Source: Bacillota bacterium (lineage in GTDB: Bacteria > Bacillota > Clostridia > Christensenellales > CAG-138). Taken from it: 28,225 bases of DNA. A program made the translations under genes and the position numbers. This document shows positions 8,456 to 15,635 of this stretch, one piece after another; the first letter of the stretch is position 1, and every line of letters starts with the position of its first letter. The stretch covers positions 1-28,225 of the forward strand of contig JAEYLA010000264.1 in the NCBI GenBank assembly GCA_023461495.1, read 5' to 3'. Below the pieces are notes generated by a model, which had not been told where the DNA came from, ran no database searches, and saw only the letters and a program-made list of their open reading frames with translations.

Positions 8456-9121
8456 TCACATCCCCTTCCCGTTCGAGAACCCGAACAATCTTTTCAGCCT
8501 GCCGCTTGACGCAACGACAACGGCAATATAGAGCACATCGCCATTTTGCAAAGCCATCCCCATCGTGGGCAAAACCGTTTTGTTCCCGCGCGTAATCGCG
8601 GCGACATGCACTTCGCCAGGGACCATCAATTCGCTGACCTTATGTCCCGCCATAAGCGGGGGGACCTCTATTTCCACAATATCAACATCGCCGTTTCCCA
8701 CGCTGAATACGGTGTTCAAGGGCGAATAACAAAGCAGGTCCGCCGCCCGTTTGATGCCCCAGGTGGTAGAAGACAGCGTCTGTACACCCAAGCGCCTGTA
8801 AATCTCAGCTTTCTCCCGGTCATAAAGCCGGGCGACCACTTTGGGAACATGATAGATCTCCCGTGCAATGCGCGCGATTACTGCGTTGGATTCATCGCTG
8901 GACGTAAACGCCGCCAACGCGTCCGTCCTGTCTATCTTCGCTTTGAGCAGTACGTCGCGGTCGAAGCCTACACCCTCAACGGTTTCTCCCCGGAAGGCCG
9001 TCCCCAACGCTTGAAATGTCGATGCGTTGGAATCGATAACCGTAACGGTATGTCCCATTTTGCTCAGTGTCTGGGCAAGGCCGGCGCCGTTGCGTCCGCA
9101 GCCTACAATGATCATTCTCAT
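8456..9121 (-). CDS. trkA: TrkA/KtrA-family potassium uptake regulatory protein (RCK_N + RCK_C)
   Basis: 'IIVGCGRNG', 'TSSDESN', RCK_C 'AAITRG...LP.....LQNGD'. ATGA overlap with the ATPase stop. Confidence 0.93.
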   Translation of the reverse strand: MRMIIVGCGRNGAGLAQTLSKMGHTVTVIDSNASTFQALGTAFRGETVEGVGFDRDVLLKAKIDRTDALAAFTSSDESNAVIARIAREIYHVPKVVARLYDREKAEIYRRLGVQTLSSTTWGIKRAADLLCYSPLNTVFSVGNGDVDIVEIEVPPLMAGHKVSELMVPGEVHVAAITRGNKTVLPTMGMALQNGDVLYIAVVVASSGRLKRLFGFSNGKGM

Positions 9122-11955
9122 TGATCATGCATCTCCTTTGACAAGATTCTTTTGGTCATCCTTTTTTGATCCAGCTTGCGTAGAACCGCTTTGTGCAGCT
9201 CCGTTATCAGCAATACCAGGGCGGGTATCCAGATCAGGAACGCCCATTCGCGCAGCCCGAGCGGTGCCGTACTGAAAAGCCCGTGCAGAAACGGCGTATA
9301 GGCAAGGACGCACAACAGTACAAGTTCTACGACGATCCCTATGAGCACCATCCTGTTGGTGAAAAAGCCCGTCTTGGAGATGGAGATGCGATCCGTCCGG
9401 CAGGCAAACACCATCCCAACCTGTGCCATGACGATCGCAGCAAAGGTCATGGTCGTCGCCGCCTGATAGGCAACCCCGGAACCGGCAAGCGGTACGTCCG
9501 GCCATCCGCGCGTCCAATTGAAGAAAAGATAAGCCGCGGTACAAATTCCGGCTTCGATGAGCCCATACCAAAAGAAAGCGCGCACAAGCAGCCTGCGGGT
9601 AAGCAGCGGTTCCTTTTGCGAGCGAGGCGGTGCATCCATGACGCCCGCTTCGGGCGCTTCAGCCCCAAGGCCGATGGCTGGCACCATATCCGTCCCCAGA
9701 TCGATTGCCAGCACCTGCATAATCGTCAGCGGGAGCGGGATCGCTCCGCGTGAAAACAGGTAAAGCACCACCGGAACGGCCTCCGGTACATTGCTGTTTA
9801 AAACGTAAACAGCGAACTTGCGGATGTTATTGTAAACCGTGCGCCCTTCCTCCACCGCACCCACAATGGAGGCGAAGTTGTCGTCCGTGAGGATCATATC
9901 GGCGGCTTCCTTGGCGACATCCGTACCGGATATCCCCATTGCTACGCCGATATCGGCTTTTTTGAGCGCGGGCGAATCATTGACGCCGTCGCCGGTTACA
10001 GCGACGATATGCTTCATTTCCTGCAAGGCGGTGACCACCTGCAGCTTCTGCTCCGGCGCGACACGCGCAAAAAGGACTTCCTCCAAAAGTGCTTTCTTGA
10101 GCTCATCCGGCTGCATCTTGGCAAGTTCCACGCCGGTAATGACGCGGGGATGCTCGCCCTTGATGATTCCGATCCTCCGCGCGATGCTTTCAGCGGTCAG
10201 CCCATAGTCGCCGGTAATCATGATAATGCGGATTCCGGCGCGATGACATTTCTCAACCGCCTGTGCAACCTCCGGGCGCGGCGGATCCACCATGGCAACG
10301 AGTCCCAGGAAGGTAAGCTCACGCTCGATCAGCTCCGGCGTATAGTCGCCAAGGCTCCCGGGTAAATCCACGCCGGACAGCTCTCGCATCGCCACCGCCA
10401 ATACTCGCAGGCCGTTTCGCGCATATCGGTCGTTGGCCGCCATAATGCCTTCGCGCGTTGCATCGTCAATCATCGCGGTTTTTCCGTTTTCCCTGATCTG
10501 TGTGCAGAGTTCCAATACCTCCTTGGGAGCGCCCTTGATATATGCGATCCGCCCGCCCGCAGCCTGGTGGATTGTACTCATGCGCTTGCGTCCCGAGTCA
10601 AAGGGCAGTTCGCGCAGGCGGGGCGCTTTTTGATTCAGTTGATCCAATATAAGGCCACCCTTTTGGGCAAGTACCAGAAGTGCTGCTTCCGTAGGATCGC
10701 CCAGCACGGTATAGCGCGGAGACTCCTCATTGGGCGCCACCAGCCTGGCGTTACAGCAAAGCGCCGCAGCAGCCAGCAGTTTCTTTAGTTCCCCGTCCTT
10801 ATCGGAAACCGGCTGCCTGCCGCTTAAAATTTCCCCGCCGTTCGCGTCATACCCCACGCCGGTAACATCCAAATTCCGGCCGTCCATCCACAGATTGCTG
10901 ACGGTCATTTCATTCTGCGTCAGCGTACCTGTTTTATCAGTGCAAATGACCGTTGTGCAGCCCAGCGTTTCCACCGCAGACAGCCGCTTGATGAGCGCGT
11001 TCCGCTTTGCCATGCGCTGTACGCCCATGGCCAGCGACAAGGTCACGGTCGGCAGCAGGCCTTCGGGGATAAAGGCAACAATCATGCCCATCGCAAAAAC
11101 GAACGCCACCGCAAGCTCCGTGCCCACCAAAAGGATGGACAGCAGGAAAAACAGCATGCCGATGCTGACCGCTAAAATGGTAACGGTCTTCGTCACCTTG
11201 GCCATTTCCTTTTGCAGGGGGCTGGGCTCTTCCTTGAGCGCCTGCGTCAGCCCGGCTATTTTCCCAAATTCGGTATCCATGCCCGTGGCGTACACAACCG
11301 CTTTGCCGGTTCCTGCCGCAACGGTGGTGCCCATAAATACCCTGTTGGGCTGCTCCGCCCGCGAAAGGTCGTCCCGGAAAACCTCGTCCCTCGCTTTATG
11401 CACAGGATGGGATTCGCCGGTCAGCGTGGATTGATTGACCCGCAGGTCGTTGTCGTCGAGCAGGCGCGCGTCGGCCGAAATACGGTCTCCCTCCGACAGC
11501 AGGAGGATGTCCCCGGGTACCAGCTCTCCGGCAAGGATGCGCTGCTCCTCGCCGCCACGCACCACCCTCGCATAATCGGGGAGCATCTTCTTAAGCGCCT
11601 CGGTGGCTTTTCCCGCACGGAATTCCTGCCAGAAGCTGAAAACGCCGTTGATGACGTTGACCATCCAGATGGCAACGCCCAGCTCAGGAAGCCGGGCAAT
11701 AAAGCCCACAATTCCGCCGCACCACAGCAATATCGCCATCAGATGCGTGAAGTTTGATAAAAACTTCCAGATAAGTGATTTGCCCTTCTTTTCCTGCAGC
11801 GTGTTTCTTCCAAATTGAATCAGGCGCTCTTCTGCTTCGGCGCCGGAAAGACCGCCCTCACGCGTTCCCAAGGCCGGACAGACCTCTGAAACGGAAAGCT
11901 TCTGTATGTTTGTTACAGCATCTGTTTTCAGTGTTTGTTTGTTTAGCGTATTCAT
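9118..11955 (-). CDS. cation-transporting P-type ATPase (type II, Na,K/H,K-ATPase-like ion-site motifs)
   Basis: TGES, IPEGL, DKTGTLT, KGAP, DPPR, MITGD, TGDGVNDSPALKKADIG; TM5 NSNVPE; TM6 IDLGTDMVPA. Confidence 0.95.
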   Translation of the reverse strand: MNTLNKQTLKTDAVTNIQKLSVSEVCPALGTREGGLSGAEAEERLIQFGRNTLQEKKGKSLIWKFLSNFTHLMAILLWCGGIVGFIARLPELGVAIWMVNVINGVFSFWQEFRAGKATEALKKMLPDYARVVRGGEEQRILAGELVPGDILLLSEGDRISADARLLDDNDLRVNQSTLTGESHPVHKARDEVFRDDLSRAEQPNRVFMGTTVAAGTGKAVVYATGMDTEFGKIAGLTQALKEEPSPLQKEMAKVTKTVTILAVSIGMLFFLLSILLVGTELAVAFVFAMGMIVAFIPEGLLPTVTLSLAMGVQRMAKRNALIKRLSAVETLGCTTVICTDKTGTLTQNEMTVSNLWMDGRNLDVTGVGYDANGGEILSGRQPVSDKDGELKKLLAAAALCCNARLVAPNEESPRYTVLGDPTEAALLVLAQKGGLILDQLNQKAPRLRELPFDSGRKRMSTIHQAAGGRIAYIKGAPKEVLELCTQIRENGKTAMIDDATREGIMAANDRYARNGLRVLAVAMRELSGVDLPGSLGDYTPELIERELTFLGLVAMVDPPRPEVAQAVEKCHRAGIRIIMITGDYGLTAESIARRIGIIKGEHPRVITGVELAKMQPDELKKALLEEVLFARVAPEQKLQVVTALQEMKHIVAVTGDGVNDSPALKKADIGVAMGISGTDVAKEAADMILTDDNFASIVGAVEEGRTVYNNIRKFAVYVLNSNVPEAVPVVLYLFSRGAIPLPLTIMQVLAIDLGTDMVPAIGLGAEAPEAGVMDAPPRSQKEPLLTRRLLVRAFFWYGLIEAGICTAAYLFFNWTRGWPDVPLAGSGVAYQAATTMTFAAIVMAQVGMVFACRTDRISISKTGFFTNRMVLIGIVVELVLLCVLAYTPFLHGLFSTAPLGLREWAFLIWIPALVLLITELHKAVLRKLDQKRMTKRILSKEMHDQ

Positions 11956-12030
11956 AACCTCTGTATTTTACATCCCCATTCTGATCAGCTTTGCGTTTTC
12001 GATGCAACTGGTTCCCTGCCGGATATCCCA

Positions 12031-12657
12031 CTACGGCCTGCCCGTCAGTATCCGTATCGCGGGCATTTCCTGCTTCCCGGCCGAAATCAGGACCAGCACA
12101 TCGCCTGCCAGCACCTCTGTATCCCCGCTGGGAACAATGCTCTTATCCCCCCGGAGAATGCACCCGATGATCGCCTCCGGCGGCAGATCGATCTCCCAGA
12201 TCTTCCTGCCCGCAATCGGCATGGTTTGTGCGATTGGAACCTCGGCAATGTTCACACGGCCTCCACTGAAGACGATTGCCCGGCCAACATCCTGTTCCAC
12301 ATGGTCTGTGATCGCCATACCATCTGCGTATTTCTGAGGGCAATCCGATTCATCTAACGCGCACGCCCCTGCGGAGTAGAAACTTGCAAAACGTTCCACG
12401 TTATGCCGTGCCGGAAGATATCCCGGATCAAGGGCGCAAGCCGCGCGGAAGTGTTTCATCGCGGCCCGCCGGTCGCCCATCTTTTCAAGCAGAACACCCA
12501 TCAGGTTGTGCGGCTGCGGCGCATGCGGATATTCGCCCATGGCCACCGCAATCCGTTCCCCGCATTCCCGGTACGCTCCTTTCCCCATACATTCCCTGGC
12601 CGCATTGCACAATGCGGCCAATTCCTGTGCACCTTCGCGGCCATCCGCCTGCTTCAT
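12031..12657 (-). CDS. TPR-domain / TrkA-C (RCK_C) fusion protein
   Basis: N-terminal TPR-like helices 'PHNLMGVLLEKMGD...AMKHFRAA.ALDP.Y.PA..N'; C-terminal RCK_C 'IIGCILRG....VPSGDTEVLAGDVL'. GAGGTG RBS. Confidence 0.82.
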   Translation of the reverse strand: MKQADGREGAQELAALCNAARECMGKGAYRECGERIAVAMGEYPHAPQPHNLMGVLLEKMGDRRAAMKHFRAACALDPGYLPARHNVERFASFYSAGACALDESDCPQKYADGMAITDHVEQDVGRAIVFSGGRVNIAEVPIAQTMPIAGRKIWEIDLPPEAIIGCILRGDKSIVPSGDTEVLAGDVLVLISAGKQEMPAIRILTGRP

Positions 12658-12712
12658 CGTTTTTCACCTCACAAAAAACGCAACTTACAACAATTGATGA
12701 TAATGAAAATGG

Positions 12713-12760
12713 TGTGAGCATGGTGTGAGGATATGTTGAATCGTGTGAGAATGCTGTGAG
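12713..12760 (-). promoter_or_regulatory. tandem direct repeats, probable KdpE (OmpR/PhoB-family) binding sites
   Basis: Four TGTGAG (minus strand CTCACA) hexamers starting at 12713, 12724, 12744 and 12755, forming two 11-bp-spaced pairs upstream of the TPR-RCK/ATPase operon. Confidence 0.65.
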
Positions 12761-12764
12761 CATC

Positions 12765-12806
12765 AAAAAAAGCCGCCCCGGTTTTGTAAACCGGAGCGGC
12801 TTTTTT
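12765..12806. terminator. intrinsic terminator after kdpE (bidirectional type)
   Basis: AAAAAAGCCGCCCCGGTTT-TGT-AAACCGGAGCGGCTTTTTT, GC-rich stem with T-tracts on both strands, 6 bp past the kdpE stop. Confidence 0.9.
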
Positions 12807-12812
12807 GCGTGT

Positions 12813-13514
12813 CTATTCGTCTATAAGCCGGTATCCAACCCCTATCTCAGTCAGGATATACCGTGGCTTTGCCGGATTTTTCTCAATTCTGCGCCTGAGC
12901 CCTGCCATCAGCGTCCGAAGGGCCTGTGTATCGTTGCCATAACCCACGCCCCAGACTTCATTCAAAATATACTTCGTTGTAAGAACCTTCCCGATATTCT
13001 TAAAAAACAGCGCCAGCAGGCTGTATTCCATGGGTGTCACATGGGTTTCCTGCCCATCGATATAGATCAGACGCTTGCCAAGATCAATTTGCAGCCCTCC
13101 TACCTGCAGGATATCCTGTACCCTGTTGCCGCTATTCTGACGATACAAATGCCTGAGAGCCACGCGTATCCGGGCCAGAAGTTCGGTTGTGGAAAACGGC
13201 TTTGTCAGATAATCGTCGGCGCCCATGTCCAGCGCCGCCGCTTTCTCCTTATCCTGATCGCGCGCGGAAACAACGAGTATGGGCATTTCAGACCATTCGC
13301 GCACCTTCCGGATAACATCCATACCGTCAACATCCGGCAGCCCGAGATCGAGCAGCATCAAATCGACCGACTCCGACGCAAGAAGGCCCAGCGCACCCTG
13401 GCCGGTGCTTGACACAATATGCCGAAAGCCCTCCGCATTGAGCGTATAGCAGATGAAATTTCGGATTTGCTTGTCATCCTCAACCACAAGGATACATATG
13501 TTATTCGGATTCAT
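12813..13514 (-). CDS. kdpE: KdpE-like DNA-binding response regulator (OmpR family)
   Basis: 'ILVVEDD..IR', 'LLDLGLPDVDG', 'LVVSAR..DKEK..ALD.GADDYLTKPF', 'PRYILTEIGVGYR'. ATG at 13514 with GGAGG. Confidence 0.92.
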   Translation of the reverse strand: MNPNNICILVVEDDKQIRNFICYTLNAEGFRHIVSSTGQGALGLLASESVDLMLLDLGLPDVDGMDVIRKVREWSEMPILVVSARDQDKEKAAALDMGADDYLTKPFSTTELLARIRVALRHLYRQNSGNRVQDILQVGGLQIDLGKRLIYIDGQETHVTPMEYSLLALFFKNIGKVLTTKYILNEVWGVGYGNDTQALRTLMAGLRRRIEKNPAKPRYILTEIGVGYRLIDE

Positions 13515-15075
13515 TTCCGTATACCTCCAATGGGAGCATAAAAGCAAATTCTGCGCCCGGCCCGTCCGCGCGGTTACAAGCCGCGATGCTTCCGCCGTGC
13601 GCCTTTACCGCAGCGTCGCATATGGCCAACCCCAAGCCGATGCCGGGCCGCGCATCGGCGTGCCTCCCCCGCGACGTATAGAACATCTCGAAGATGTTCG
13701 GCAAATCAGCCGGCTCGATTCCTTCACCCCGGTCGCATACCGAAAACACGGCACAGTTGGCGCCGGCATCCTTTGTAACCGAAACACAGATTTCTTCCTG
13801 GGGCTTGGTGTGTTTGATGGCATTGTCCAGCAGGTTGATCAGCACTTGCCCGATGAGCTTCGCGTCCATGGGAACGATCAGCAGCTCATCCGGAACGTCG
13901 ACGGCGATTTCATATTCAGGATAATGCCTCGCAATATGGCGGATTGCCGCCCCGACAACCTCCTCAGCCGCCTCCGGCTGCTTATGAAGCACCAGTTTCC
14001 CGTCCTGGAGGCGGGTCAGGCTCAGAATGTTCTCCACCAGGGAATGCAGCCAGTTGGCATCCTTATGGATCGCCGCCATATGCGGGTACCGCTGATCGTC
14101 CTTTGACGTCATACCCATCACCATTTCAGCCGTTCCCATAATGCCGGCGAGAGGGGTGCGCAAATCGTGGGAAATCGCGCGCAGCAAATTGCCGCGGTAC
14201 CGTTCCTGCAAGATCGCCTCATTGGATTTTTGCCGCTGCTGCGTGGCGCGCAGGCGCTCCATTGCGATGGCTGAGCTTTCAATGACGGCGTGCAGCATCC
14301 TGGTCTGCGACGCATTCATGGCCTTTGCCGCTTCCTTGGGAACGCGGATGATTCCAAGTATCATTTCCCGCCCTCTGATCGGCCAATCATAGAACTCCGT
14401 TCCAACAACATAGCCGGATTGTATGCTCTCGATTTGACGCCTGAGTTCGTTTGCATCGTGGATTTCCCGGCGAACCTGCCGTTCAGGGGAAAGCTGCTGG
14501 ATAAAGCTCTGCTCCGGGTTCCCGTTCTCGTCAAAGCAGAGGCAGCCTGTATTGCTGTTGAGCATTTTGCTGATGGCGCTCGTCGCAATCCCCGCTATCT
14601 CGTAGATATCGGTTGCATCCGTTAGACGGTTGGTCAGCGTATACAGCGTCTTTGTCTCGGTTTCCTTTTCACGGGCTTCCATCTCGTTGCGTTTGGCATG
14701 TGTGGTAAGCGCGCTTGTAATCAGCGCCGTTATGGTCATGATAACGAACGTGATAATATAACTCGGAGCGTTTACATAAAGCGAAAAATATGGCGCCGTG
14801 AAAAAATAGTTGAACGCAAACGTTGCTATCACGGAAGCCAAAAACCCGAAAACATATCCATCCGTAAAGCGCGCCGTTAACAAAACGGCCAGCAAATAGA
14901 CAATAGCGATGTCGGTTTCCAGAAGCGCCATTGCGCGGAACAAATACCCAATCGCGGAGGCAGCACTCAGCAAAACGAGCATGATGCCTGCCCTGAGGGC
15001 GATCACCCTTATATTGGACGCCCGCTTCACTGCCGCCACCGGATATGCCGAAATTCCTGTACTGGTACGGTTCAT
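13501..15075 (-). CDS. kdpD: KdpD-like sensor histidine kinase (4-TM DUF4118, GAF-like, HisKA, HATPase), lacking the N-terminal KdpD/Usp domains
   Basis: 'IAIVYLLAVL...FNYFFTAPY', 'LLRAISHDLRTPL', 'NLLDNAIKHT', 'DRGEG', 'GIGLGLAIC'. ATG at 15075 with GGAGG; overlaps kdpE. Confidence 0.88.
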   Translation of the reverse strand: MNRTSTGISAYPVAAVKRASNIRVIALRAGIMLVLLSAASAIGYLFRAMALLETDIAIVYLLAVLLTARFTDGYVFGFLASVIATFAFNYFFTAPYFSLYVNAPSYIITFVIMTITALITSALTTHAKRNEMEAREKETETKTLYTLTNRLTDATDIYEIAGIATSAISKMLNSNTGCLCFDENGNPEQSFIQQLSPERQVRREIHDANELRRQIESIQSGYVVGTEFYDWPIRGREMILGIIRVPKEAAKAMNASQTRMLHAVIESSAIAMERLRATQQRQKSNEAILQERYRGNLLRAISHDLRTPLAGIMGTAEMVMGMTSKDDQRYPHMAAIHKDANWLHSLVENILSLTRLQDGKLVLHKQPEAAEEVVGAAIRHIARHYPEYEIAVDVPDELLIVPMDAKLIGQVLINLLDNAIKHTKPQEEICVSVTKDAGANCAVFSVCDRGEGIEPADLPNIFEMFYTSRGRHADARPGIGLGLAICDAAVKAHGGSIAACNRADGPGAEFAFMLPLEVYGNESE

Positions 15076-15252
15076 AGCCCCAGTTTTCCTCCACGCTGTT
15101 CCATCTATCAGCAAAATACATTTCTTGAGCGCATATCAATAATCAAGCAGAACCCTGTAAGGAGGTTCCGTCTTTACAGATATGGCGAGAATGTCACATC
15201 TGCTTTCTTTTCCAATTTTAGAGATATCTCTTTATATCATTTGCTTTTATTT

Positions 15253-15261
15253 AGTATAGCA
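15253..15261 (-). promoter_or_regulatory. possible extended -10 promoter for kdpDE
   Basis: TGcTATACT on the minus strand in AT-rich DNA about 180 bp upstream of kdpD; no convincing -35. Confidence 0.35.
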
Positions 15262-15424
15262 CGAAGCGGGATTTTTTTTGTTGAAATCTATCATTCTGAA
15301 AGTTGCTGGATTCCACGCTGATGGTCTTGACACTATGCCGGATCTTAGCGTGCAAGGTCGGAGGCCTGCTGTTAACACCTTCAAAAGCTATACAGCCGCA
15401 CGCCAATCGGTAGAGCACCGATAA

Positions 15425-15475
15425 TAGGCATTGGCGCAGCTGGCAGCGCGCTAAGTTCGAATCCCCTATGCTTCA
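15425..15475 (+). pseudogene. tRNA-like remnant lacking the anticodon arm
   Basis: Acceptor-like AGGCAT/ATGCTT, D-arm GCGC-AGCTGGCA-GCGC and T-loop GTTCGAATC. Anticodon and variable arms are absent. Confidence 0.5.
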
Positions 15476-15481
15476 GCGAAG

Positions 15482-15509
15482 AAAAGACTAGATATTATCT
15501 AGCCTTTTT
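15482..15509 (-). terminator. intrinsic terminator ending the T7SS/hybrid kinase transcript
   Basis: Minus strand GGCTAGAT-AAT-ATCTAGTC followed by TTTT; A/T tracts on both sides. Confidence 0.65.
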
Positions 15510-15635
15510 GCTCATCTTGCGTTAAGCTGCTCCTTTAACAACACAAGGCGCTGATCCTGCTCATGCTCACATCGGCGCGAGCAGCACCCGCATACCATAC
15601 GCCAAAGGTGCTATATTGGGTGATTGGGGCACATC

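Noticed and set aside
11987..12021. GGCA...GAAA-ACGCAAAGC on the minus strand resembling a c-di-GMP-I riboswitch upstream of the ATPase
   Set aside because: No pairing stem around the GAAA and no second hairpin; only fragments match. An Rfam scan would settle it.
12713..12760. Short repeats as a possible CRISPR array
   Set aside because: Hexamer repeats with 5-14 bp gaps are far too short, and no cas genes are present.
15327..15356. TTGACA on the plus strand upstream of the tRNA-like remnant
   Set aside because: No credible -10 at 16-18 bp spacing.
15425..15475. Functional tRNA gene
   Set aside because: The anticodon arm is missing and the T-stem cannot pair properly.
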